Shown: positions 39,241 to 49,602 of the stretch, piece after piece
Layout: each line of letters opens with the position of its first letter
Numbering within the stretch: position 1 is the stretch's first letter
Source of the DNA: a virus
Virus record (IMG/VR): IMGVR_UViG_3300032294_002877
Span: 96,001 to 160,000 of that record
DNA: 64,000 nucleotides
Strand: one strand, 5' to 3'
Notes under the pieces: model-generated
Seen by the model: only the letters and a program-made list of their open reading frames with translations
The model's database searches: none
Told to the model about the DNA's origin: nothing
Made by a program: the position numbers and the translations under genes

Positions 39241-39944
39241 AAATTTTTATACAATATACAGACAATAGATTCATTAGTAATTTGGTATTGAATCAAATTC
39301 CCGGTCTAGACTTGCTATCCGGAGTATGCAAAAACTCATTATATAAAATACATCATCAGTTTAATCCAAATTCTTATGTATTTTCTGTGACTAATATAGA
39401 TACAGAAATACGTCAGTTCATAGAAGAATACGATAATCAAGTAAAAATATTTATATATCATGATACATTTACGGATCAATATCATGATTCGGTTTCTATG
39501 TTTCCGAGATGTACTCATCTTAGTCATCAAAAAATATCTCAAAATAATGTTGTTATTATACCAGATTTATTAAATCAAAATATTTTTCACAATTTACAAT
39601 TAGCTAGAAATGATTCTATTTTATTTTTTATGGACGATATGATGCGAATGCCAGAGAATCTTTCTAGTATATTATATCCTAAGTCAAAAATCAAATTAAA
39701 AATGTTTGGTGGTTATACTAGTCATAATCAAAATTTGGGTACAGTAACAGAGAGAGAGAAAGCCACTCTTTTAAATAAAAATAAATACTATCTGAGTATT
39801 AATGGATATTATGAAAGCGAAGCTATCGCTTGCGGATGTGAAATATATACCTTAAATGATTTATTAGAAAACAAAAGTCCACAAATACCAAAACAATTGA
39901 AACCTATCGAATACTCCGATTTTATTATCTCAATATTAACATAA
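39237..39944 (+). CDS. Divergent GT-B-like protein
   Basis: LLNKNKYYL...EAIACGCEI. Confidence 0.5.
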   Translation: MKIFIQYTDNRFISNLVLNQIPGLDLLSGVCKNSLYKIHHQFNPNSYVFSVTNIDTEIRQFIEEYDNQVKIFIYHDTFTDQYHDSVSMFPRCTHLSHQKISQNNVVIIPDLLNQNIFHNLQLARNDSILFFMDDMMRMPENLSSILYPKSKIKLKMFGGYTSHNQNLGTVTEREKATLLNKNKYYLSINGYYESEAIACGCEIYTLNDLLENKSPQIPKQLKPIEYSDFIISILT

Positions 39945-39945
39945 C

Positions 39946-40413
39946 ATGAAAAATATTATAAAAGACTTAGGCATCATAGATATCGTTTTATCCAATGATA
40001 AAGAATCAATGGATATTATTAATTTTGCAAAAGAGTATTATGCAAAAAATCCATATAGTCATGTTTGTATATTTAATAGTTTTTCTCAATTAGTAACATC
40101 TTCTGCTGTTCCGATACTACATCTAAGTCAAGCTAAATTTTTCTATGGTAGTATTATTGCAACTGATATAGATTCTTTAGAGATGTGTATAGATTTTCCT
40201 AATGTAAATAAAATAATATTTTTTGCTCAATCTATTCCTTGGGCTAATGAATTGAGTGAATACTCTCGATGGAATAAGTTATTTGAATCCGATAATCTAG
40301 AAATATTAGCACAAAACCAATACATATACGACATATTAGATATATGCTGGAAAACACCTATAGGTATATCAGAAAGGTTGGATTATGAGTCAGTATCCAA
40401 AATCATACAATAA
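39946..40413 (+). CDS. Hypothetical protein (possible GT-B N-domain)
   Basis: 155-aa alpha/beta ORF in the GT cluster. Confidence 0.5.
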   Translation: MKNIIKDLGIIDIVLSNDKESMDIINFAKEYYAKNPYSHVCIFNSFSQLVTSSAVPILHLSQAKFFYGSIIATDIDSLEMCIDFPNVNKIIFFAQSIPWANELSEYSRWNKLFESDNLEILAQNQYIYDILDICWKTPIGISERLDYESVSKIIQ

Positions 40414-41200
40414 CTTGACGGATCCGGAAAAATTGTCTCTGATCTCAAAACTATATACCGAAGAAAATAAAAGTTTTGCAGATATAGCTTCGTTACTAGA
40501 AACTTATCCCAATAAAATTAGAAGAGATGCTATATCTCTAGGCATACCTATAAGAAATAAATCCGAAGCACAAAAAAACGCACTCAGTTCTGGTAAACAT
40601 AAGCATCCTACAAAGGGACACTCCAGAGACAACGAGACAAAAAGCAAAATAGGACTTGGGGTTATGAAGTCTTGGGAGAATCTAACAACACAAGAATTAG
40701 AAGAAAGAAAAGAAAAAAGCAAAGAACAGTGGGATAGTTTAGACCAAAATGCAAAACAGAATTTGATAAAAAAAGCCAATGATGCTGTAAGAGTAGCTAG
40801 TAAATTAGGATCCAAACTAGAAAAATTCATACTCAACAAACTAATATCAGATGGATACAAAGTAGATTTTCACAAAGAGCAGACGCTATCAAATACCAAG
40901 TTGCAGATCGACCTGTTTCTTCCTAAAATAAATACCGCTATAGAGATAGATGGGCCTTCTCATTTTTTGCCTGTTTGGGGTGATGACGCTCTTACTAGAA
41001 ACAAAAGATACGACAACAAAAAACAAGGATTGATCTTAGGTAAGGGTTATGTGTTGATAAGAATTAAGCAAACCAAAGATTTTTCAAATACTAGGGCATT
41101 ATTAATATATAATGAATTAGTCAAGATATTACAAAGTATCGAGTCAAATTTTCCAGAACCTGACGATAGAAACTATACCATAGAGGACACAAATGGCTAA
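40385..41200 (+). CDS. DUF559/Vsr-like endonuclease with HTH and NUMOD3-like N-terminus (homing-endonuclease-like)
   Basis: SFADIASLL (HTH), KGHSRDNETKSKIG (NUMOD3-like), IDLFLP..AIEIDGPSH. Confidence 0.7.
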   Translation: MSQYPKSYNNLTDPEKLSLISKLYTEENKSFADIASLLETYPNKIRRDAISLGIPIRNKSEAQKNALSSGKHKHPTKGHSRDNETKSKIGLGVMKSWENLTTQELEERKEKSKEQWDSLDQNAKQNLIKKANDAVRVASKLGSKLEKFILNKLISDGYKVDFHKEQTLSNTKLQIDLFLPKINTAIEIDGPSHFLPVWGDDALTRNKRYDNKKQGLILGKGYVLIRIKQTKDFSNTRALLIYNELVKILQSIESNFPEPDDRNYTIEDTNG

Positions 41201-41924
41201 AAACACTAAAAAAGACATTGAGTTAGTAACGGAGCAAACAGAAGAAAATACGACTAAAACTGTACTACCTAATGATCTGGATTGGACCGACCATGTTCTG
41301 TCATTATTATCAGATGACGAAAAAATATCTGGTAATCCAACAACAGACGGCCTTAGAAGAATTTTCGAATCTGCACTAAATTGCTCTGTTATCTCGGCTA
41401 CAAGCGATGTTGTTCAAGCTCCTAGTCCAGATAATGAAAAAAGAGCCACGGTTGTTCATACAATTCAGTACGTATTAAAAAACCCAGAGCCTGTGGATGA
41501 TTCGATTAAATACAGGTCTGTGAGCGGCGCTGCGGACGTTTACTGGGGAAATTGTGATAAGGTATACAGAAACCATCCAGTTGCTGTGGCCGAAACGCGA
41601 GCCGAAGGAAGAGCTTTAAGAAGGGCTTTGAAACTAAGGAAAGTAGTTGCAGCAGAAGAAATTGCAAAGGATATAGAGGACCACCCGGATGAAAATTCTG
41701 TATCAAAAATCACAAATAATCAAATCAATTTCATTGACGTAATAGCAAAAAGACTTAATATAAATGTAGTCGAACTTCTAAAAATTAACAATTTAGAATC
41801 GGCCAATATTTATACTTTGTCCCATGAGGATGCTGTCACGATAATAAGACTATTATCATCATATCAACAAAATATGGACAATATTCCTCAAGGGGTTGTG
41901 GGCTATAACAATGAATGGAAATAA
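41193..41924 (+). CDS. Putative Rad52/Sak/ERF-like single-strand annealing protein
   Basis: AVAETRAEGRALRRAL and the C-terminal ITNNQINFI module. Confidence 0.55.
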   Translation: MAKNTKKDIELVTEQTEENTTKTVLPNDLDWTDHVLSLLSDDEKISGNPTTDGLRRIFESALNCSVISATSDVVQAPSPDNEKRATVVHTIQYVLKNPEPVDDSIKYRSVSGAADVYWGNCDKVYRNHPVAVAETRAEGRALRRALKLRKVVAAEEIAKDIEDHPDENSVSKITNNQINFIDVIAKRLNINVVELLKINNLESANIYTLSHEDAVTIIRLLSSYQQNMDNIPQGVVGYNNEWK

Positions 41925-42250
41925 TTATGAAAGTAACATACAAAGCAAATGATAAATTAGCGTTTGAATTGGAGGGTGCTGGTCAGAAAGAAATTTTTAA
42001 GGAATTAGCTCTTATTCAAGAGATTTTTTCTGAAGAAAAGTGCGGTCTATGTGGTAGTGGAAACCTAAGATATATTGTTAGAAGTGTCGATGGTAACGAC
42101 TACTACGAAATCAGATGTAACGAATGCGGAGCTGTGCTAGCATTTGGTCAGCACAAAAAGGGTGGCACATTATTTCCAAAACGCAAAGATGACGATGGAA
42201 ATTATTTGCCAAACAAAGGATGGCACAAATGGACCAAAGATTCGAAATAA
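41915..42250 (+). CDS. Hypothetical zinc-ribbon protein
   Basis: CGLCG...CNECG; the start may be 41927. Confidence 0.7.
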   Translation: MEIIMKVTYKANDKLAFELEGAGQKEIFKELALIQEIFSEEKCGLCGSGNLRYIVRSVDGNDYYEIRCNECGAVLAFGQHKKGGTLFPKRKDDDGNYLPNKGWHKWTKDSK

Positions 42251-42251
42251 T

Positions 42252-42659
42252 CTATTTCTGAATCTTACCCCATTTACCAACAGGACATTCTTGATCGGCC
42301 CAGGCTAGTTTGCTTACAAATTGTTTTGTGCGAACTAGTGGACACCCACATTTTGAACAAGTATCGTCTTTAAAGAATTCGCAACCAAGACAAATATTAT
42401 GTCTTTGGATGATCTCTTCTTCTGTACACATTGGTAAACCATTACTAATATGCTCTGCTGTTGCTTTTGCAAAATTTTTTAATTTTGTAACAAACGTTAC
42501 CTCATCGCCGGGAGCACGATGAAGAGGCTTTCGACATATAAATACCGGCATTGTTTCTTGTTTCGTTTCCGAACTAATTTTTAATCCACAATTGATACAT
42601 TCGAAATTGTATCCGTCTTGAGTTATAAAACTACAAAAGATATTCTCAGAAGTATTCAT
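42252..42659 (-). CDS. Cys-rich protein (DUF6171-like C-terminus)
   Basis: CINCG; RHNICLGCEF..TCSKCGCPL...CPVGKW. ATG 42659, overlapping the upstream stop, preferred over 42701. Confidence 0.65.
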   Translation of the reverse strand: MNTSENIFCSFITQDGYNFECINCGLKISSETKQETMPVFICRKPLHRAPGDEVTFVTKLKNFAKATAEHISNGLPMCTEEEIIQRHNICLGCEFFKDDTCSKCGCPLVRTKQFVSKLAWADQECPVGKWGKIQK

Positions 42660-45600
42660 AAGGAATCCACTCCCATATTTCTTTAGAGTCCATGATATCA
42701 TTCTTATTCTCTACACCATCAGTACTACCAAAAAATCCTCTAAATATCATTTCGTTCATCCACTGGTAAAATGTTGGCGTTGGTATTATCTGGCCATCTG
42801 TTTTGTCCGGGTATGGATCGTTTGGATTGCCAGTATTAACCTTTACGCATCTCCATCCTAGATAATTATTGTACATTGGTCCCCCCTTAGGAGGAATAAT
42901 ATCAGGTCCTAATCTACCATAGTAATCGTATACGTATCTACTATATAGATTATCAGTGGTTTTTAATTTTCTGGGAATATTTCTAAATTTAATAAAAACT
43001 TGTGAAGAATCATTGAGATTAAAAATATTTTTGACTTTTCCTCTAATATTAGCCGGACTTCTTGGTACAATATATGTTTCTCTAACTTTAACTAGTGTAT
43101 CCCTAATATTATTATCACACGATAAGAAAAACTCTCGGTCCATAGTTATCAGATTTTCTGTTTCACCCCAATCTACTCCTGGATATTTGGCTTTTTCTTC
43201 AGCGACTCTATTATTTGTATAACTCAAACCATTACCTGTCAATATTTCGTCAGCCGCAGGATTAGGAGATGTAACTTTGTCTTTACATACAGCATCGCAT
43301 TCTGGGAATTGATAGAATTCTACCACAGGAAGACATTCGTATGTTACGGTCTTTAAAATTTTGACATTAACATCGTACGATAACGAGCACTCTTGCTCTG
43401 GATCAATTGAAATAAAATAATATTGTTTGGGTATATAATTAATATTAATAGCTTGTGATACTGGATTTTGAGCAATATTTATATCATAATATGGCAGAAC
43501 ACCTGATGGCGTTTTGTTATTCTCTTCGAATACTGATAAAATCTCATTTCTCTCAGCATATAATTCAGAAAGTTTTTTCTTTGCTCTATAACCCGAACAT
43601 TTTACATTAAACTCATCGGTAGGATAATAGCCTTTACGAAAACATCCTGATGGATCAGCAGGCAGATTACTATAGAATAGCTCCAAATCCGTTATGCTAG
43701 AGATAGTATCAAAATTGATATTACTAGCATCCAAAGGAGTATCCGACTGAGAATTTAGATTAGTTAATCGCGTATTAAGAACACCAGTTTGATCAGGAAG
43801 AAGTCTAATTGTTGGAATATTTATATTATAATCATTCTCTATGATTATCTCTCCTGTAGTGGCCGGTGACAGTTGAGTTTTAAATTTGTCCGACTTTAAG
43901 TCTATAAAAGAATATTCTTCGTTATTTATAAGTAGATTGTTTTGAATATTTCTTTTTAATCGATCCAAATCTATGCCTGTTATCGGCACCCCACTAGTAA
44001 ATTTTAGTGACGTACTATCTAAAGATAATCCGCTAGAAAAAATTAAGCTATAATTATTTAAAGCGTCTAGAAGATATGCAGCACTATTTAATCTATACGG
44101 ATATGCTACCAATAAATCTTTTTTAACATCCTGATCAGAAAAATCTATTTTTAAAAATGTTGTTGTCCCAGACTGTTGAACCATAATACTATTGAATTTA
44201 TTTTTATTATTTTCGTGGTTGTTTAATATTTCGTCCGTATCAAATATTTTGTTTGGATGAGAAGAGTCTATAAAAGAATACATGGGAGGCTCTAGATATT
44301 GTGATCCATAACCTATAGAACCTTCTGCTGTAGCTACAGAATGTACGTCTAGTATAGATTTATTGATATGATTTTGTTTAGCATTAGATTTCGTTAGCCC
44401 CCATTTGCCAACAGTTAATTTATCGTTTTTAGTTACATTATCTTTGTATATAACAATACTGTTAGAATTTTCTAATGTTTTGCCAATATACCCAGAATCG
44501 ACACCATCAGGTAATGGGCTGTTTAGAGTTAATACGGTATTGTGCTGGTCATTAAAATATATCAATGCTTTTTGTGCTATAGTATTAGTAAATAAATCAT
44601 TTGTCCCTGTTGCTCCTGGTTGTTTCATCACCGCTATTGTATCATCTATATCATAAAGATTATATAACCTAGATCCTGGTATAGTAATAATTTTTTTAGC
44701 TTCAATATTACTATTTGTTATAGTATTATTGCCCCACAATCTATCATATTGTAATGTTTGTCTAATCCCAGGATCAGGATATCTAATCCAGGAACCCGAT
44801 CTAGCGTAATACACTCCATTTTGTGAAACTGTTGTCTGATTGGCTACATAAACAAGGTCATTTTCTTTGAGTGTTACAGATGAAGTGGTTGATAGCGGAA
44901 CTGTCAATCCGGTTAATGGAACATTCATAGTAGTGTCAAGAACTATAACATTTTTATTCACTATCTCGTATATATTTGCAACCCTAGTAAAAGAAAAATT
45001 AGAGAGAGGAGTAATCATATCTTTGTGAAGTCTTATATACTTATATCGATTTTTGGCCAATATGGCTGTGTTATTATACTTATATATAGGAACCTCTAGT
45101 CTGTACCAATTGAAACGATCTTTACTAATTTGAATCAAAGCTTTTGAAGATGATCCCGGGTATGTTCCATCGTACACTGGCTTAAAATAGAATCTTTCTT
45201 GTTCTTGCTGTTGTCTCTGAAACCTAATATCGTAAAGCATACTAATTATAGGATCTCCTCTACCTCCTATAGCAAAAGAGGCTTGTAAAATAGAGATCTC
45301 AGCCAAAGCGCCAACTAGACTATAGAACGGAGTAAAAAACCAACCAACAAAAGGAAATAATATTTGTCTATATGTTAGCGGTTTTGACAATTCTATATTA
45401 CCAGGATATCTACAAGTATTTGTGCTGATATAGTTATATGGAGCATTAAGATTAATTTTAGGTAGAAGATATTCTTTATTTGTAAAATCTGCTATATAAT
45501 TATATCCTGTCCTGCTAACTTGTTCCGATTCATAATCTATAGTACCCAAGTAATCTTGTGTTGTGTATTTTATGGTCGAAGCTGTGTGTGCTATAACAGA

Positions 45601-48600
45601 CCAGTTGCATATGCTACTTAGTATAGTGTTAGAAGATATTCTACTTTCATATACATTTAATCCCGACAGTTCGCTATTATGTACGGTATTATCTAGAGAT
45701 TGTATTTTTTCTTCTGGTCCAAGAACATACAGTTTTAATGTAAAAACAGTATTTCTGAGAGGAAGATTTTTAAATTTAGCCAATGCTGTATCTATAAGAT
45801 TAATTCTATTATTCTTGATTATCTGTTTATGGAGGATAGTTTGTTTTTCAGAGTAGCCTGTTGGAGACAGAGTCGGCTGTACAACACTATCATTTGCGAT
45901 AGCTTGGCTATGAACAGAAACTCCGGAAACAGATGTTTTGTTTTCATCGGAAAAGGTATTGTTGAATGTCATATTGTCAGAAAAGGTCAAACTAAAATGA
46001 TATCCATAGTTATCAAGATTTTCTTGATTATAGAGATATAGAATACTTGTATTAGGTTTATTAGTTGTGTTAGTGTTTTTAAGCTTGTCTAAAAAGTCTA
46101 AAACAGTAACGTCCGATAACGAGCTGCCATTTGATCTTAGTGTAGAGAGCCAGGAGATTGGGGGAGATGTTCTATCTGTGTCTTTATCGAAAGGAATAAA
46201 TATTTTATCCTTATAAATGTTGTTATTAGACGATACTATGCTATCTAATGTAGGATTATATACTTCCAAAGCCATGACTATATTTTTAGGGTTTGGAATA
46301 TTCATTAAATTAATTTTAATTTCTATATCTTTTAGTTTGAGAGCATTCATACTATCTTTCATCAAAACATATTGATAAGTAGGAGTATAATTACAATCAA
46401 ATTCAACCGGCGCTTCCTCGTATTTGATCAGTATAAAATCATCAACCATCTCTTGATTTTTATAGTCTAATCCATTGAAGTTTCTTATACCGTAGTTCCT
46501 GTCTTGATCATACCATTCTGGACTACTAGCATCAGCGTAACTATCTACTCTTACGGCACTTCGATACTCCATAGGAACATTATTATCGCTATTATTTATT
46601 GATCTGAGATTATAAAATCCAGGACCGATAAAGTTGTATGACTTATATTTTTCTACATCAAACTTTTGAATAGAGCTAATATTAGGACTGCTAATAGCAG
46701 AAACATTAGAATATGTTCCATTATATCCTAATGGATTATATCCTGTTGGAGTGTAATAATACCAGCCAGAATTTGGATGAAAAAACCCTTTATCAAAAGT
46801 TGTATATCCAGTCACTGGGATATCCACAAGATGACATCTATAAAAAGGTTCAATACCACCATAATTATTATGTCCGGACATTACAGCTAATGGCGCAGCA
46901 GCAGAAGCTAAATATCCGCTTGCGAGTTCTTGATCAATAACGGGTTGAGTTTTATCTGTTGGATCTACTCCCCATGGCGTATTAAGAGGAATTTTATCGT
47001 ATGATTGGATGGTGTTATTTGTTTTGATTGGGTGGTATGGGATTTCTACTCCTATTTTTTCGACAATATTTTTTGAATATCCTCCATAGGTATATATATT
47101 TGGGGCATAAACTGTTGATACCTTTGGTAGGCTAAAACTAACTCTAGTATCTCTTTCCCAATTTTCACCTACCTTTTTATATGCTCTAACATCAAAAGAA
47201 TCGAACTCTCTATTTATTCTATAGAATCTGGCGGCGCCAGTTATAATACCGGCCCCAAATGTATCTCGTTGTCTAGCTAATCTTGGCTCGTAATAGCTTT
47301 TACATTGAGATAATCTGTCGTCGCTATCTCTCATTAATTCTATTTTAATAGATTGTAATTTAAATACGGTATTATTCGGCTTAAATGTTATGTGTAAATC
47401 ATTTGTTAATGTGTCTGGCTTTTGATAATTAGTAATACTAATTTTTTTATCTACGAACCGTCTGTCTACAACAAATATTGGATTTGAATTGTCTGATACA
47501 TACATATCGCTATCTATAAACCAAACCATTCCGTTTTTATTGAACGCTATTTTCCTGAAATTCGGCACCATAGCTCTGTATTTATTAGGAACAATATCCT
47601 GATTATAGCTCATTAGTGTCGGTAAGGTTTTACCTGGCTCATATTGATTACTGTTATCGTGAACATATACTCTAATATTTTCTATAGATTTTAGAGTAGA
47701 ACCAAATGATGTTATTCCTTGTATAGTATATAATCCTGTTTGTTTTACAAAAATACTCGGATCAAAATCGGCAGAAGTTCTGTTTCTTCTCATAACGTCA
47801 GTATTTCCGTTTGTTGCAAAATCAGAAAATCTCAAACAATCCGGACCATCTACAAGGGACCAAGAATAAGATACGTTCTCGGATAGTGAATCGTCAACAT
47901 TCGCTGTAATGTCTATTTGAATATGATTACCATTATGTATTTGATCACCCTCGCCCCTATCTAAATCTTCTGGTAATTTGATACTGATATCCTTATTAAA
48001 TATTGTATAAATTTTTTCTGGTATCTTAGGCATAGCCATATTAGCTAATGGTACTGTGGTTATCTTATTGGGATCGTTTACATCTCCAATTTTACATAGA
48101 CAACCACTAGCAGATAACGTCGGATCCATCTGCGATTCTGTATAAATATCTCCAAAATCAATTCTCATATCATTATATATGACATCATCCGGAGTCAGTG
48201 TTTTACTTATAAAAGTTTTGATTTTACAGTCGATCAGGGCGTGTGGGCCGTCACAATTGATAAGCTTATTATATTTAATTTTTGTGTTTGTGTTTATTTT
48301 TATATAGCCGCCGTATTTATTTAATAATTGCTGATACAATTGTTTTTTATTAGTAATATAATTAGTAGCCAATGTCTGTTTTTGTAAGAAGTATGATTGT
48401 TGTTTGTAGTATTGTAAAATCTTAGCTACTATTGTAATTAATTTTCTTATTTCTGTATTAGTATTGGTATCGGCTACAGTATTTACATACTCATTATATA
48501 TCAAGTTTTGCAAAAAATCATCTTGTAAATAATTAATATTAACTCTGTCTATCAAAGGAGATGTAGCAAGTATATAGCATAATTTTTTAAGTTTTTCTAG

Positions 48601-49602
48601 TTTGTATACAGATCCTAATCCATCGAAGGTTTTTATACGATTAATCGTTAGGCTATTATATATAGCCCTATATACATGGTATAGACTTGGAGATAAATAT
48701 GATCTGCTTGGTAGTTTTGTTGTAGAGAATACCTGTCTATCATACTTGTCTTTCCCTCCTATAAAATAGGAATAAAATTCTCCATTACTAATCCATAAAT
48801 CATAATCTTTAATATTATCATGAACATAATTAGTATTATCTTCGATATAAAACTTCAAACCGTTAGTAGAGTCCATAATAGATAAAGGCACGAGTTCCAA
48901 TTCTTCGTTGGTATTAAATACAAAAGAACCATTATCCAGAATACTCGGATCGGCAATAAATTTAGAAGAATCTTTATCTAATCTCTTGATTGTATTATTA
49001 TCTATCTTGATGACAGTATCTGTTGTTGCTATTGTGTATGAAATATTATTTCTTTTATATGTTAGATTAATATTGGGCTTGATACGAGTACCAGGAATAA
49101 TCTGATCAAAATTATACAATGTAGAAGATTTATGTATAGCATTTTTCTTGTACCAAAATAAAACACCATACTCTACATCATATGCAGATAAATTTGTGTT
49201 TATGATCCAGTCTACACACAAATCCATAGATCCGGACTCAATATCCCAATTATTAAATTTAACCGCAGGAAATTTGAATAACTCCTCTACACCATAGACT
49301 TTTGCTCCAATAACACTATTTAAATATGTTTCTTTATTGTAAATATAATCATTATGAGATATTATTGCTGGCAACCAAACATCATCTAATTCCGAAATAG
49401 ATATACCGTCAGGAGTATTAGAATCCATAATAGTTTTTAATATATTTGTGCTGGTGGTTGCTATGGATTCTCCATCGTTGGTGTTGTTATATCGTATCTT
49501 AAAGGAAGTAGCGTCTTCTACTAGGGTATGAGGTTTGAGATCATAACATAAAATTTTGTCATGAACTATACAATTTTTTTTATAGTTTTTAGGATATCCC
49601 AT
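42646..49602 (-). CDS. Very large virion structural or tail protein (2318 aa)
   Basis: Uninterrupted ORF rich in N/T/I/Y. Tail-fibre-like motif LKENDLVYVANQTTVSQNGVY...GSWIR and PKD-like SYSWSLVDGP. Confidence 0.75.
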   Translation of the reverse strand: MGYPKNYKKNCIVHDKILCYDLKPHTLVEDATSFKIRYNNTNDGESIATTSTNILKTIMDSNTPDGISISELDDVWLPAIISHNDYIYNKETYLNSVIGAKVYGVEELFKFPAVKFNNWDIESGSMDLCVDWIINTNLSAYDVEYGVLFWYKKNAIHKSSTLYNFDQIIPGTRIKPNINLTYKRNNISYTIATTDTVIKIDNNTIKRLDKDSSKFIADPSILDNGSFVFNTNEELELVPLSIMDSTNGLKFYIEDNTNYVHDNIKDYDLWISNGEFYSYFIGGKDKYDRQVFSTTKLPSRSYLSPSLYHVYRAIYNSLTINRIKTFDGLGSVYKLEKLKKLCYILATSPLIDRVNINYLQDDFLQNLIYNEYVNTVADTNTNTEIRKLITIVAKILQYYKQQSYFLQKQTLATNYITNKKQLYQQLLNKYGGYIKINTNTKIKYNKLINCDGPHALIDCKIKTFISKTLTPDDVIYNDMRIDFGDIYTESQMDPTLSASGCLCKIGDVNDPNKITTVPLANMAMPKIPEKIYTIFNKDISIKLPEDLDRGEGDQIHNGNHIQIDITANVDDSLSENVSYSWSLVDGPDCLRFSDFATNGNTDVMRRNRTSADFDPSIFVKQTGLYTIQGITSFGSTLKSIENIRVYVHDNSNQYEPGKTLPTLMSYNQDIVPNKYRAMVPNFRKIAFNKNGMVWFIDSDMYVSDNSNPIFVVDRRFVDKKISITNYQKPDTLTNDLHITFKPNNTVFKLQSIKIELMRDSDDRLSQCKSYYEPRLARQRDTFGAGIITGAARFYRINREFDSFDVRAYKKVGENWERDTRVSFSLPKVSTVYAPNIYTYGGYSKNIVEKIGVEIPYHPIKTNNTIQSYDKIPLNTPWGVDPTDKTQPVIDQELASGYLASAAAPLAVMSGHNNYGGIEPFYRCHLVDIPVTGYTTFDKGFFHPNSGWYYYTPTGYNPLGYNGTYSNVSAISSPNISSIQKFDVEKYKSYNFIGPGFYNLRSINNSDNNVPMEYRSAVRVDSYADASSPEWYDQDRNYGIRNFNGLDYKNQEMVDDFILIKYEEAPVEFDCNYTPTYQYVLMKDSMNALKLKDIEIKINLMNIPNPKNIVMALEVYNPTLDSIVSSNNNIYKDKIFIPFDKDTDRTSPPISWLSTLRSNGSSLSDVTVLDFLDKLKNTNTTNKPNTSILYLYNQENLDNYGYHFSLTFSDNMTFNNTFSDENKTSVSGVSVHSQAIANDSVVQPTLSPTGYSEKQTILHKQIIKNNRINLIDTALAKFKNLPLRNTVFTLKLYVLGPEEKIQSLDNTVHNSELSGLNVYESRISSNTILSSICNWSVIAHTASTIKYTTQDYLGTIDYESEQVSRTGYNYIADFTNKEYLLPKINLNAPYNYISTNTCRYPGNIELSKPLTYRQILFPFVGWFFTPFYSLVGALAEISILQASFAIGGRGDPIISMLYDIRFQRQQQEQERFYFKPVYDGTYPGSSSKALIQISKDRFNWYRLEVPIYKYNNTAILAKNRYKYIRLHKDMITPLSNFSFTRVANIYEIVNKNVIVLDTTMNVPLTGLTVPLSTTSSVTLKENDLVYVANQTTVSQNGVYYARSGSWIRYPDPGIRQTLQYDRLWGNNTITNSNIEAKKIITIPGSRLYNLYDIDDTIAVMKQPGATGTNDLFTNTIAQKALIYFNDQHNTVLTLNSPLPDGVDSGYIGKTLENSNSIVIYKDNVTKNDKLTVGKWGLTKSNAKQNHINKSILDVHSVATAEGSIGYGSQYLEPPMYSFIDSSHPNKIFDTDEILNNHENNKNKFNSIMVQQSGTTTFLKIDFSDQDVKKDLLVAYPYRLNSAAYLLDALNNYSLIFSSGLSLDSTSLKFTSGVPITGIDLDRLKRNIQNNLLINNEEYSFIDLKSDKFKTQLSPATTGEIIIENDYNINIPTIRLLPDQTGVLNTRLTNLNSQSDTPLDASNINFDTISSITDLELFYSNLPADPSGCFRKGYYPTDEFNVKCSGYRAKKKLSELYAERNEILSVFEENNKTPSGVLPYYDINIAQNPVSQAININYIPKQYYFISIDPEQECSLSYDVNVKILKTVTYECLPVVEFYQFPECDAVCKDKVTSPNPAADEILTGNGLSYTNNRVAEEKAKYPGVDWGETENLITMDREFFLSCDNNIRDTLVKVRETYIVPRSPANIRGKVKNIFNLNDSSQVFIKFRNIPRKLKTTDNLYSRYVYDYYGRLGPDIIPPKGGPMYNNYLGWRCVKVNTGNPNDPYPDKTDGQIIPTPTFYQWMNEMIFRGFFGSTDGVENKNDIMDSKEIWEWIPYEYF

